From IMG/VR virus record IMGVR_UViG_3300045988_147522: 64,000 nucleotides of DNA; one strand, written 5' to 3'. The position numbers were made by a program, and so were the translations under genes. This document shows positions 44,052-53,537 of the stretch, piece after piece. Position 1 is the first letter of the stretch, and every line of letters starts with the position of its first letter. The notes under the pieces are model-generated. The model did no database searches. It saw nothing but the letters and a program-made list of their open reading frames with translations, and was not told the origin of the DNA. The DNA is from a virus.

Positions 44052-44699
44052 TTATTTAGCAGAAGGGAAGAGGGGAAGTGGACTGTTGTTTGGTTTATCT
44101 TCTTCCTCTTTGATAATGTGGTTTACCATATCCATCATCTTATTGAGGTCTACCTTATCGCCAATAGACGATATGTTTTCAGTTAATGCTTTAAACTGAT
44201 TCATAATTAATGCAGTTTCATAGGTCTTTTCGGAGATTTCCTTTTTCTGCATATATTCAATTCTCTTCTGAACACCTTCATATATTAACGCCAATTCTTT
44301 TTGATTGATTTTACTTTTAACAAACTCTGCAACACCTGTTTCTGTTACAAAAGAATACATTTTTTCAAAAACAGTAGGAATTGCAAAATTTGCATACTCT
44401 CTAAGAATCTGCATGTCAATCAATGTAGATGTGATTTCGGGAAGGTATCTATTTTCTGATATATCAAATACAGTTTCCGCTACTGTACTACAGATATTTG
44501 AAAGGCGTACTGCTCCGATAGTATGTTTAATTCTTAAAGAGATGTGTTCTATTTCTTCAGGCTTTTTATCATCTGTTGTTGCTGAATGAAATACATAATC
44601 ATAAAACTTTGGCTCATTTTTTTCTGCGTAATAAATTTTTCCAAAAGTCATTACTGGAATTTCTTTATAATCTTTTTTTTTATTTGTGCCTTTTTTCAT
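44052..44699 (-). CDS. tail assembly chaperone-like protein (position-based)
   Basis: ATG 44699 follows AAAGGA. The listed start at 44804 overlaps the RuvC-like gene. Two genes upstream of the tape measure. Confidence 0.5.
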   Translation of the reverse strand: MKKGTNKKKDYKEIPVMTFGKIYYAEKNEPKFYDYVFHSATTDDKKPEEIEHISLRIKHTIGAVRLSNICSTVAETVFDISENRYLPEITSTLIDMQILREYANFAIPTVFEKMYSFVTETGVAEFVKSKINQKELALIYEGVQKRIEYMQKKEISEKTYETALIMNQFKALTENISSIGDKVDLNKMMDMVNHIIKEEEDKPNNSPLPLFPSAK

Positions 44700-44712
44700 A
44701 TATAAAATCCTT

Positions 44713-45249
44713 TCATTCCTTGTGCCGTATATTAATGTTATGTACAGCATAATTTCCGATACAGATAGCATCCGAAATGTTATCGTTATCGGTATCAATG
44801 TCATATTTATTCTTTACATACTGCAACGATAGTATTTTACTTTGTTTTTTCGCTTTGTTATCGTTAGGAATAGTTGCAGTGATTTTTGCTTTAATTTCTT
44901 TACTTGTCCTGCTCCTTGCGTTGCAATAATTTTGCCACACAGAGGGTGATATGAGTTGGTATAAATAATGTTTTTTTTCACAGAGGTTAATCAATACGCC
45001 TTGTAACTGTGCCAAATTTTTAAATACTGATACATTAGCTCTCAAATTAATATCCTCAAGAAATACAACTGAGATCTTTCTCTTTGTGATAAGTTGACTA
45101 ATATACTTTTCAATCTCACAAACAGCCTCTGAAAATGTGTATTTACCATTAGGAAAACTAAAACTGCCATAGTCTACAAGCTTTTGCTTTTCGTAGTCGT
45201 ATATCGCCCAACCACCGTTGCGAGCCTGATCAACCGCTAAAATTCGCAT
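44713..45249 (-). CDS. RuvC-like Holliday junction resolvase
   Basis: MRILAVDQA (Asp), VVFLEDI (Glu), NISDAICIG (Asp). Confidence 0.7.
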   Translation of the reverse strand: MRILAVDQARNGGWAIYDYEKQKLVDYGSFSFPNGKYTFSEAVCEIEKYISQLITKRKISVVFLEDINLRANVSVFKNLAQLQGVLINLCEKKHYLYQLISPSVWQNYCNARSRTSKEIKAKITATIPNDNKAKKQSKILSLQYVKNKYDIDTDNDNISDAICIGNYAVHNINIRHKE

Positions 45250-45263
45250 TTTATTTACCTCCT

Positions 45264-45307
45264 AAAAAGAATAGGGAAGATAAGGGAGAAAAATCCCATC
45301 TTCCCTA
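45264..45307 (-). terminator. intrinsic terminator upstream of the RuvC-like gene
   Basis: TAGGGAAGAT...ATCTTCCCTA stem followed by a T-run on the minus strand. Confidence 0.6.
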
Positions 45308-45315
45308 TAAGAACA

Positions 45316-45642
45316 TCATTTCTGACTACTATTATCTTCGTCAGTTTTCTTTGTAATTGCTGCTTTCCCTCGCTTTGCGGTTGCTACTCCATTGTTAATA
45401 ACATTGCCCTTAATAAGTACATCCCTTATTTCTGGCATCATGGATTGTGTAGCCTCTTTACTAATCTGTGCAAACTGCTCTTTGAGTTCTTTCGGGGAAG
45501 CACCAAGACGCATATCCTGTATAATCGAGTAAATTTGATAGTGTGCTGGCGTATCGGCAACTGCCCTCCATCCACCATATTTAGAACAGTTCACACAAAC
45601 TTCATATTCTTTACCACAAATGAGGCACTTTCTGATAGCCAT
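45316..45642 (-). CDS. zinc-binding hypothetical protein
   Basis: CLICG...CVNC N-terminus, 108 aa. Confidence 0.5.
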   Translation of the reverse strand: MAIRKCLICGKEYEVCVNCSKYGGWRAVADTPAHYQIYSIIQDMRLGASPKELKEQFAQISKEATQSMMPEIRDVLIKGNVINNGVATAKRGKAAITKKTDEDNSSQK

Positions 45643-45644
45643 AA

Positions 45645-46472
45645 TTATGCCTCAGCTTCGTCTTCAGGAATAACTACATAGAACTGTTCTTTATCTTTAG
45701 AACAATAGTTAGTCATACCTTCAAATTCGATAGGCTGTGTGCCATCTGGTTTAATTTCGAGTGAAAAATTGTTAGAAAGCTTTGCTCTTTCAAATACAAT
45801 AATTGTATAAATCTTTGTTGATGGATCACAAACATCATGACAAATGCTATCAAGAACAAAAGTACCAGCCTTAGAAAAGTTATCACTTGAGTTGGTAATC
45901 TTAACCGCATTCTCCATCTCACACTTATAGATAACAATAAATGTCATAGGAGAACCGTCTTCTCTCTTAACAGGGATATCATCACCAAGAGTGATAGTTT
46001 TACCAGCAATAGTGAAGTTTGTTTTATTTGTTGCAAGGTCACTCGCTGTGACTGCAAATTTCTCACCAAGACCGCCCTCTGTAGTAAGTGCCCAAATAGC
46101 TGTTACAGGACTTGTCGTGAGAGGAGTCCAGTTGAGTGTAATTGTTTTAGCAGTAGGGTTTGCCTCAAGAACATCTACCTTCTTGGTTACAACCTTCTTA
46201 TCAGCGGCACCAACTTCTTTCTTTGTACCCAACTGGTCAGCAAATACACCAAGATTAATAACAGAGTTAGATGCTGTAAATTTTGAAGTCTTAGTTCTGT
46301 CAAATGAACCAATTGTTGCACCGACATTATCTGTAGCATTTACTGCTTCGCCACCGCACTCAAGTGTGCCATCTTTAATCTGATTAGCTGTCCACTCAAT
46401 ATCGCCTGAACTAATGTCCTGCTTTGTAAGACGAGTAACCCTGTCAAGCACAAGATTGTCAATATTATACAT
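45645..46472 (-). CDS. major tail protein (probable)
   Basis: 275 aa, Thr/Gly/Val-rich beta-type composition, strong SD AAGGAGG, in the head-to-tail gene order. Confidence 0.55.
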   Translation of the reverse strand: MYNIDNLVLDRVTRLTKQDISSGDIEWTANQIKDGTLECGGEAVNATDNVGATIGSFDRTKTSKFTASNSVINLGVFADQLGTKKEVGAADKKVVTKKVDVLEANPTAKTITLNWTPLTTSPVTAIWALTTEGGLGEKFAVTASDLATNKTNFTIAGKTITLGDDIPVKREDGSPMTFIVIYKCEMENAVKITNSSDNFSKAGTFVLDSICHDVCDPSTKIYTIIVFERAKLSNNFSLEIKPDGTQPIEFEGMTNYCSKDKEQFYVVIPEDEAEA

Positions 46473-46484
46473 AATAAATCCTCC

Positions 46485-46516
46485 TTATAAAATAAAAAGC
46501 ACTCCCTTTGAGTGCT
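46485..46516 (-). terminator. hairpin/terminator before the major tail gene
   Basis: AGCACTC-aaagg-GAGTGCT followed by TTTTTATTTT. It overlaps the TAG stop of the upstream ORF. Confidence 0.5.
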
Positions 46517-47279
46517 ACAAATTACGCATCCAATTAAGAACGCTTTTATTACTTATTTTCTTTAAATCAACACAGCCACTATAATACCCAGTCATAATGT
46601 TTTCGTAGTCATTTATTGCGTTAATACGATCAGCGGCGTCCATTAAAACATAAATAGGCAAACTCCAAACCGTTGAATAACTATATTTAAAATTTGCGTG
46701 ATTAGTCAACGCAGAAACAATAGGGAGTAGGGTTGACTGTGCTTTCTGGTGCTCTTTCCGAGCGTATTTTTTGTTATCCCTATCTTCATCTACCATGAAC
46801 CTTTTGGTGGTTGTGTTTCCGCCTTTCTCTTCGTGCTTTTTTAATCTGTGAATTTTTCGTATGTAATTAACTATAATTTCGTAAACAAACCTATCAATAA
46901 TTAATTGAGTATTAGTATCAATTAGTTTAATATCTTGAGAAGTATTATCTTTAACCAGCACCATTCCTTGTAAATTAATATCCTCTTCAAAAAGCAATGA
47001 CAAAATATTACTATCTATGGATTTATAAATTAAAGTAAAAAAATCAAAATCATCTACTTCATCCCACCATAAATTAAAACCATCATATAATTCTGATTTG
47101 TAATCAGAAGGCGTTGCACAAATTTTACCTATTTCTGCAAAATATTGTTTCTCACCAATGTCGCATATATCATCAAGTGTTGGTTGTTTTAGAGTTAAAT
47201 GAGTAGAAATTTTAATAGGTTTACCTCGATATAGCGTCATTTCGTCTATATCTAAAAAATCAATTGCCTTACTTCTCAT
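46515..47279 (-). CDS. virion morphogenesis protein, unassigned
   Basis: 254 aa in the head-tail joining block. Confidence 0.5.
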   Translation of the reverse strand: MRSKAIDFLDIDEMTLYRGKPIKISTHLTLKQPTLDDICDIGEKQYFAEIGKICATPSDYKSELYDGFNLWWDEVDDFDFFTLIYKSIDSNILSLLFEEDINLQGMVLVKDNTSQDIKLIDTNTQLIIDRFVYEIIVNYIRKIHRLKKHEEKGGNTTTKRFMVDEDRDNKKYARKEHQKAQSTLLPIVSALTNHANFKYSYSTVWSLPIYVLMDAADRINAINDYENIMTGYYSGCVDLKKISNKSVLNWMRNL

Positions 47280-47791
47280 AATTTACTTCCTATGCGGTTA
47301 TGGTCTTGCAAGGTATATTCTAACACTTGTCCGTAATAATCCTGTATGGGGTTAAATTCGTTAGCCGATACGAGTTCTAATCGCCCAAAACCAACATCTG
47401 TCATACCATTAATTTCTTCATCAATATATCCTGCAAGCAAATCAGTACGGATGCCCTGTAACATATCCATTAACTGCTCGTGTGCAAATATATAAATCAT
47501 TAAAGATGTCGTTTTTACAGCCGATGAGCTAACTTGTGTTACCCCTGACTGCATTGTCACAAATACACTTTGTTCCTCTATAGTCTCAGGAACATAAGGA
47601 AATAGCTTGATAAACGATTTAGCTGGGCTTTGGCTTCCTTTAACTACATCTATGAAATTATCTTCATTATCCGTGTCTATACATATTAAATTCACAATAT
47701 TCTGATTGTTTAAGCAACGCTTTTTAATCAATTGTTTAAGAAGTGTCATACCTGTAAAACTATTACGCTTAACATCTTGCATTACGACCAC
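47276..47791 (-). CDS. virion morphogenesis protein, unassigned
   Basis: 171 aa, overlapping starts and stops with neighbours. Confidence 0.5.
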   Translation of the reverse strand: MVVMQDVKRNSFTGMTLLKQLIKKRCLNNQNIVNLICIDTDNEDNFIDVVKGSQSPAKSFIKLFPYVPETIEEQSVFVTMQSGVTQVSSSAVKTTSLMIYIFAHEQLMDMLQGIRTDLLAGYIDEEINGMTDVGFGRLELVSANEFNPIQDYYGQVLEYTLQDHNRIGSKL

Positions 47792-48825
47792 CCCTTAATC
47801 ACAAATTCTTTTTCTGTCGATAAATTATATAATGAAGACATAACCCTTAGCGTAACTCTTTTTCCAATAAATGAGTATTTAAGCGGAACATAAAGTGTTA
47901 AGGTATGATTGTCAGCACTTGACTTAATTGATACATAATCTTCACCATCCTCTAAAGAGTATTCGTACCCATTTGAGTTCTGAATAACATCACCTTGCTT
48001 ATCAACTATACTAAACGATAGTTCACAATCTTCGTCTATATACAAAACTCCGTCATTACATCCCTCAATACGAATAGCATATGGCTGAGAAATCGGAACA
48101 TCTATATCGTCTTTGTTTGAATTATTAATCAAGGTGTAATAATCAGCAACCATTAATTCAGTATTATCATTGGTAGATCTGTTACATTCTTTTAAACCAA
48201 AAGTATATACACCTTTACCATTATAAAGCCCCGGCAATCGGTCAGGTTTTGTGACCTGATATGCCAATATGTTCTGTTGTGCATCAACATCGTCAACCAA
48301 AAATCTTTGTCCTCTGTATAACTCTTTAGTTTCACTATCCTTAGCTATAATAAGGTTTAAACGGTTGTCACCAACAGTAATTTCTTTAGTTTCTCTTTCG
48401 CCAGACGAATTGCGGTCATTATTGGTAATAATACAATGCCTTTCGATTATGTCACCATTGTTGTTAATCCATTTGAGTGTGTAGTTACATTGCTGTATTT
48501 TTGCTCTTGTGTATAACTCATCCTGTACATCATGCGATATAATCAACCAATAATTATCTTGCCATTCTACCAGAGAACCTCTTTCAAACTTTTCGTTAGG
48601 GAGAGAGAGTAAATTCTTAATATCATCTCCGTTATCGCTCCTCGTAATGACAGCTTCTCTTTCTTCGCCGTTTATTGTTACAGTTACATAAGACAAGTTC
48701 TTATTTCGTAATAATTCAGTTTGTCGCTGCTGCACACGCTCTAACATTTGCTGTCGTTTAGTTTGAGGCAACGAAACATGCTCATTCATATACTCATTCC
48801 ATAAAGACACAGTTATCACCTTCAA
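47782..48825 (-). CDS. virion structural protein, unassigned
   Basis: 347 aa in the head-tail joining block. Confidence 0.5.
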   Translation of the reverse strand: MKVITVSLWNEYMNEHVSLPQTKRQQMLERVQQRQTELLRNKNLSYVTVTINGEEREAVITRSDNGDDIKNLLSLPNEKFERGSLVEWQDNYWLIISHDVQDELYTRAKIQQCNYTLKWINNNGDIIERHCIITNNDRNSSGERETKEITVGDNRLNLIIAKDSETKELYRGQRFLVDDVDAQQNILAYQVTKPDRLPGLYNGKGVYTFGLKECNRSTNDNTELMVADYYTLINNSNKDDIDVPISQPYAIRIEGCNDGVLYIDEDCELSFSIVDKQGDVIQNSNGYEYSLEDGEDYVSIKSSADNHTLTLYVPLKYSFIGKRVTLRVMSSLYNLSTEKEFVIKGWS

Positions 48826-49117
48826 TTCTATATTTAAGCTTTTCGCATAGAGTAATCATTTTGAAAATATTTCGTCTCACATCTTCAACGCTACTGACAT
48901 AAATATTTTGTTCGTAATAGCTTAATATAGCAAGAATACGCATAATCACAGCGTCATACCCTGTGTCTTTAATAAGCATATCAAACCCTTTTAACTCTTT
49001 AATAATATCTGAGATATGAGTATCTATAAATTCAGAGTTTTGCTCTTTTAAGGGTAGAATTTTAAATATCTGATTAATTAAACACGATAGATAATGCAAA
49101 TATATTTGTTTGTTCAT
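48794..49117 (-). CDS. virion morphogenesis protein, unassigned
   Basis: 107 aa. Confidence 0.45.
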   Translation of the reverse strand: MNKQIYLHYLSCLINQIFKILPLKEQNSEFIDTHISDIIKELKGFDMLIKDTGYDAVIMRILAILSYYEQNIYVSSVEDVRRNIFKMITLCEKLKYRIEGDNCVFME

Positions 49118-49566
49118 ATATGTAAATCCGTTAAGTCTCCGTGTTCAAAAGAGTAATTATTTCCTCTGTTTTTGAAACATGTTTCAGCCTCTTTATATGC
49201 TGTTCTTACACGGTTTAAAATTTCCGCAGGCGAATACCCACTGTAATCTGTTGTATTAAGTGTGTTTTCCAAGTTGTCTGCGTTATTTGCATATGGCTTA
49301 AACCACTGTGCAACCATACCTTCGGTAATAATGTCTACAATTTCGTCTACATCTTCAGCGCTAAAATTCTCTAAAAATGTTCTTGTTGTATCATCTCTAT
49401 TGTAAAGATTATAACCACACTTTCTATTGAAAGAAGCACATGCTCGTTTTAAATACCCATCACATACTCTTGTTTTTTCTTTATCGCTAAGATGAGGATC
49501 TAAAAATTTCCACTCTTTTACTTTATCCAGAAAGACTCTGATAAAATCATCATAAGAGACTATCAT
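49114..49566 (-). CDS. head-tail connector-like protein
   Basis: 150 aa, shortly after the capsid gene (position-based). Confidence 0.45.
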   Translation of the reverse strand: MIVSYDDFIRVFLDKVKEWKFLDPHLSDKEKTRVCDGYLKRACASFNRKCGYNLYNRDDTTRTFLENFSAEDVDEIVDIITEGMVAQWFKPYANNADNLENTLNTTDYSGYSPAEILNRVRTAYKEAETCFKNRGNNYSFEHGDLTDLHI

Positions 49567-49577
49567 CGGAAACCTCC

Positions 49578-50120
49578 TTATCTATCGACTAATTTAACAC
49601 CAAGACTCTCTTCTAATCCCGTAATAACCGAAAGTGAATCAATTTCGTGATTCGCTACTGCATTGCGTGCTTTGTAACATACTGACATTCTCTGAGAGTG
49701 GTTTAATTTTGAAACAATTGCTTTAATCTCGTCGGAGGTTTTGTCAAACAATGTATCAAAGCCTTCAACTGTGAGTGCATTGGTGTAATATTTTTCAGCA
49801 TTAAGTACCTCAAGAACTAAAGTGTCCTCAAATAAAAACCAATTATTAGAAAAGAAGGCTTTATCTGTGGAATAGATTGACTTTACATCTGCAAATGTCA
49901 AATCCTGAACATCACCGAACTCTTCCCATATAAATTCTTCGTGAGTTCTTCTGTTCTGTGCAATAAGTTTACCCTGAAAGCCGTTAATTACAGGAATAAT
50001 AGCTTCAGACGGAAGTGTTTTTCTTAATTTAATATGCTGATTTTCCAGAACATCCATGTTTGCAGATGTTTTTGTTTTTGTCTTAGTTGTTCTGCGTGTT
50101 GTTGTAACTGCTGTTGCCAT
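49578..50120 (-). CDS. hypothetical head-module protein
   Basis: ATG 50120 follows GAAGGAAAGG. N-terminal Thr/Lys/Arg-rich tail. Confidence 0.5.
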   Translation of the reverse strand: MATAVTTTRRTTKTKTKTSANMDVLENQHIKLRKTLPSEAIIPVINGFQGKLIAQNRRTHEEFIWEEFGDVQDLTFADVKSIYSTDKAFFSNNWFLFEDTLVLEVLNAEKYYTNALTVEGFDTLFDKTSDEIKAIVSKLNHSQRMSVCYKARNAVANHEIDSLSVITGLEESLGVKLVDR

Positions 50121-50140
50121 TTGATTTATCCTTTCCTTCA

Positions 50141-50170
50141 TTGAAACGGGCGTAGTTTTAACTACGCCCG
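50141..50170 (-). terminator. intrinsic terminator after the major capsid gene
   Basis: GGGCGTAGT-taaa-ACTACGCCC, a 9-bp GC-rich stem followed by a U-rich tract. Confidence 0.6.
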
Positions 50171-50183
50171 AATATCAGTATCA

Positions 50184-51203
50184 TTAGTTAGTAAAAGTAT
50201 ATCTACCAATACCAGTATTTGCGCCACCTGAAAGCACAATGCCAATACCATACTTTTCACCATAAAGGTACTCGTATGTAAGGTCGGCATTTTCTGTCGG
50301 GTTGCCAAGGATGATTGTTGATACACCCTCGTATACAACCTTGATAGGCTTATCATCGCCTGCAACGATATTAAGAGTCTTATCGTCAAACACAAAATCA
50401 GTAGTGCCGATCTTGTGTCTCTGTGGAGTTGCAAGTACATTAGAACCATAATACTTACCATAATAACCGTTATTGTAAATATCGCTCTGTGAGTCCTTGC
50501 CCTGTACACTTGGAGCAATTTTACGAAGACCAGCCTTTGTACCTGAAATTGTTGCTGTCTTACCGCCAGCAGCAGCCTCTACATGTGCAATTGTGTCAAG
50601 GAGAGTATCTTCGCTATATGTACCCGCAACAGGGAAGAAGGCTGTACCGCCAAAATCGTCTGCTGTAGCAGATGCCCATACCTTGTAAATATCATCAAGA
50701 ATCTTCTGACTAAAGGATTCACTTACTCTTGCAATAAGTGTATTAAAATCCACTGTGCCATTAAGCACTCTCTGAAGCTCCTCATAGATTTTTACCATTT
50801 TGAGAGTTGTATCAATTGTTACAGTATTATAACCGCCAAATCTCTGTCTTCTAACGCCCTGTGTGCCATCTGCAACCTCAGCAACCTGATAGAGAATAGA
50901 ATCCTGTACTTCAAATGCGTTTACATCACCGGCTGCAATATTTCTAAACTCAACAAAGTTGTTAAAGAAGTCACTCTTCTGAAGACCTTCTACTACAGTG
51001 CGAGAAAGAATTTCCTCTACAATTGAGAAGAGCTGGCCGCACTTACCGTCTCTAATTCTCTTGTAGTCAAGCTTGGTTGAACCACCATTAGCTTCAACAA
51101 GAGACTTTCTAAGAACTTCCATTGAGTCCTTATTTGAATACTTACCAACTTCACCGTGATATGCGTCAACAGCAAGCTGAACAATGCTATTATTATCTGC
51201 CAT
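50184..51203 (-). CDS. major capsid protein
   Basis: 339 aa after the scaffold and decoration genes and before the connector genes, followed by a terminator. Composition typical of HK97-fold capsid proteins. Confidence 0.7.
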   Translation of the reverse strand: MADNNSIVQLAVDAYHGEVGKYSNKDSMEVLRKSLVEANGGSTKLDYKRIRDGKCGQLFSIVEEILSRTVVEGLQKSDFFNNFVEFRNIAAGDVNAFEVQDSILYQVAEVADGTQGVRRQRFGGYNTVTIDTTLKMVKIYEELQRVLNGTVDFNTLIARVSESFSQKILDDIYKVWASATADDFGGTAFFPVAGTYSEDTLLDTIAHVEAAAGGKTATISGTKAGLRKIAPSVQGKDSQSDIYNNGYYGKYYGSNVLATPQRHKIGTTDFVFDDKTLNIVAGDDKPIKVVYEGVSTIILGNPTENADLTYEYLYGEKYGIGIVLSGGANTGIGRYTFTN

Positions 51204-51217
51204 AATACAATCCTCCC

Positions 51218-51733
51218 TTACTGTACTTCAATTGTATAGAGTATGTATCTCTTATACTTTGTTTCGTCAACAATTTTGCCAATCTGTGTTGATGCGGCTG
51301 TTGCAGTTTCAACAACCTTCATCTTTGTGCCTGCCTGCACTTCTACTGCGTCACCCTTCTTCGGTGTACCATCAAGAGCTTCCGCAGAAACGCTAAAAGT
51401 ATCACCTGTATGGAAACGGAAACCTCTAAGAGTTTTACCAGCTTCGTTTGTGTATTTTTCAAGGTTGATGTCTGATTTAAGTACAGCCTTCTTGTCCTCT
51501 TCTACAGTTGTAACGATAGCAAGCTGAGCTCGTGGGGAATTTGCTGCGGGAGTTGTTGCCTTATGAATCTGCTTTTCACCCGCCATAAGTTCACCCACAA
51601 GTACAATATTGCCGTTATCAATTGCTGTAGCTGCACTACCAGAACCCATATATTTCATTGAAACAATAAGTGAACCATCTGTGGTTGCACTAACATTATC
51701 GCTGTTATACACAGCATGCTTTACATCAGCCAT
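51218..51733 (-). CDS. head decoration / auxiliary capsid protein (position-based)
   Basis: 171 aa, between the scaffold-like and capsid genes. Confidence 0.4.
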   Translation of the reverse strand: MADVKHAVYNSDNVSATTDGSLIVSMKYMGSGSAATAIDNGNIVLVGELMAGEKQIHKATTPAANSPRAQLAIVTTVEEDKKAVLKSDINLEKYTNEAGKTLRGFRFHTGDTFSVSAEALDGTPKKGDAVEVQAGTKMKVVETATAASTQIGKIVDETKYKRYILYTIEVQ

Positions 51734-51750
51734 ATAAATGCCTCCTCTAT

Positions 51751-53268
51751 TTAATCTTTTGGTTTAATGCCAAACTTGGCAAAAAGACCACCGTAATCGT
51801 TTGTGTCATCAATAACACTATTCTTATCCGCTACGCCACCTACATTTTTATCAATACCAAACGCCAGAGGCTTGTCTGTTTTCTTAGAAAAACTCATGCC
51901 GTTTTTGCCCATAATTGCATAACATTTCTCTTCAATATCAGAAATGTTCATACCTTCATGCTCGGCTTTCAATGTCTCGTATTCATTAACCCCTGCCAAA
52001 TTACTGAACTTTGCAAACACAGCGTCTTCCTGTGATTTACGCTCTTCTGCTTCTTTTGCTTTCTTATACTCTTCCAGTTCAGTCTTTTCAGCAGTAATAC
52101 TTGCAAGACTTGCTTCATACTGTTCTTTATTTGATTTGAGTGTCGAATAAAACTGAGATTTTACCTCGTCTACCATATTAAACACCGCAGACTCAACCTC
52201 TTTGTCACCCTCTACATAATCAACAATGGCATACTTTTTTCTCTTTGCTGTAGATTCATCTACCACAACATCGTCACCCTTAAGTTCATAGTTAAAGCCA
52301 ACGAGCTGTCTGTTTTCGCAATCTGCGTAATATACCTCTTTAGACTCACTGTCGTAGTCCACAAACCAATACTTGCGCACTTCATAGAATGAATCATCAT
52401 CGAGAGTAATCTTTGTTTTCTTATCATCCATTGCATGGATTAATTTCTGACAAACATCAGACTCCAAAGCAAACTTTCTGCTTTCAAGCTCAGATGTTAA
52501 ATCCTCGATAGAAATATTTTCAATATCCAAATCACTTACATCTACTGCATAGCTTTTAATCAGCTCTTGTTTCTTATCCATAACATCTCCTCCTTTCTTC
52601 TGTGTGCTCTTACTTATTTCTGAGAGCATAGCTTTATAATCCTTCATCATCTCGCTATATTTGTCATAAGTGCCACTTTGAGAATACATTTCGACACATG
52701 CTCCTTCAAAACAAGGCTCAACATCTTCGCCTAAAACACAAAAAGCCTCAAATTCAAAATCGTTGATCTGATATACTCCATGCTCGTCCATTTCACCATC
52801 TATAATAGAAATCTCCATTGACTCAGATGCACTGTTTTCGGAAAGTAATTTATATACACCTTCTTGCCTTGTCCATAAATAAGCTTCAACACACAGATAT
52901 TCATGAGTACCGCCGCTATCTTTAATGGATTCCCACCAATACTTTGCAGATTCAGGCACTACTCCGATAGGTTCTGTTAAATTAACCAATTCTGTTCCTG
53001 TGTCTGTGGTGACTATCTCAACATCGTGTCCACTATAATCCTTTTCTTCTCGTAGATAGTGAGTAACAACAGGACAATTAAAAATTGACCAAATAGCTCT
53101 TTCAAATGCTTCTTTCGATATGTATGTCTTATTGCGATTAAGTCCCGTATAAGCCACTTTAATTACACCTTTTGCAAAAGAACTATTAATTTTTTCTTCG
53201 TTGTCGTACTGTATAATGTGATTAGGGATACTATATTGAATCGTCACACGCTTTTTATCTTGCTTCAC
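51751..53268 (-). CDS. scaffolding protein, possibly a protease-scaffold fusion
   Basis: 505 aa. Globular N-terminal half, Glu/Lys coiled-coil C-terminal half (EQYEASLASITAEKTELEEYKKAKEAEERK). Confidence 0.45.
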   Translation of the reverse strand: MKQDKKRVTIQYSIPNHIIQYDNEEKINSSFAKGVIKVAYTGLNRNKTYISKEAFERAIWSIFNCPVVTHYLREEKDYSGHDVEIVTTDTGTELVNLTEPIGVVPESAKYWWESIKDSGGTHEYLCVEAYLWTRQEGVYKLLSENSASESMEISIIDGEMDEHGVYQINDFEFEAFCVLGEDVEPCFEGACVEMYSQSGTYDKYSEMMKDYKAMLSEISKSTQKKGGDVMDKKQELIKSYAVDVSDLDIENISIEDLTSELESRKFALESDVCQKLIHAMDDKKTKITLDDDSFYEVRKYWFVDYDSESKEVYYADCENRQLVGFNYELKGDDVVVDESTAKRKKYAIVDYVEGDKEVESAVFNMVDEVKSQFYSTLKSNKEQYEASLASITAEKTELEEYKKAKEAEERKSQEDAVFAKFSNLAGVNEYETLKAEHEGMNISDIEEKCYAIMGKNGMSFSKKTDKPLAFGIDKNVGGVADKNSVIDDTNDYGGLFAKFGIKPKD

Positions 53269-53300
53269 TCTTACTCACCACCTTCCAGATGATTTTAAAT

Positions 53301-53333
53301 ATGTAAAAAGCCCCACTCTATAACGAGTGAGGC
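53301..53333 (-). terminator. intrinsic terminator
   Basis: GCCTCACTC-gttata-GAGTGGGGC followed by TTTTT on the minus strand. Confidence 0.6.
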
Positions 53334-53537
53334 TTAAAACATTAACTTGTCTGAATAAATACAAGCCACATTTTTAAATAAAGCTTTATTATTTGAGAGT
53401 GATGATTTGTTCTCAAATACATATAGTGTTGGGCTTGTAGAACATTTTCTCTTATTGTCAATAACAGAAATAAGAGAATACCCTGCATTGATTAACAGTT
53501 GTTTGTCTTTTTCATTTGTTACATAAATAAATTTCAC
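53334..53537 (-). CDS. hypothetical protein
   Basis: 67 aa. The start overlaps the portal stop. Confidence 0.45.
   Translation of the reverse strand: MKFIYVTNEKDKQLLINAGYSLISVIDNKRKCSTSPTLYVFENKSSLSNNKALFKNVACIYSDKLMF

Noticed and set aside
44052-44054. Genome-wide stop-codon reassignment, as in some gut phages.
   Set aside because: TAA, TAG and TGA all terminate well-supported genes here (TAG at 46515, TGA at 8244, TAA at 61129). Very long ORFs are intact under the standard code. Only this one in-frame TAA is odd.
50162-50518. 118-aa alternative-frame ORF overlapping the capsid gene, with similar same-strand overlaps at 22098-22373, 22380-22619 and 33706-33891.
   Set aside because: They are embedded out of frame in genes with clear motif support. 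No independent SD or conservation argument exists.
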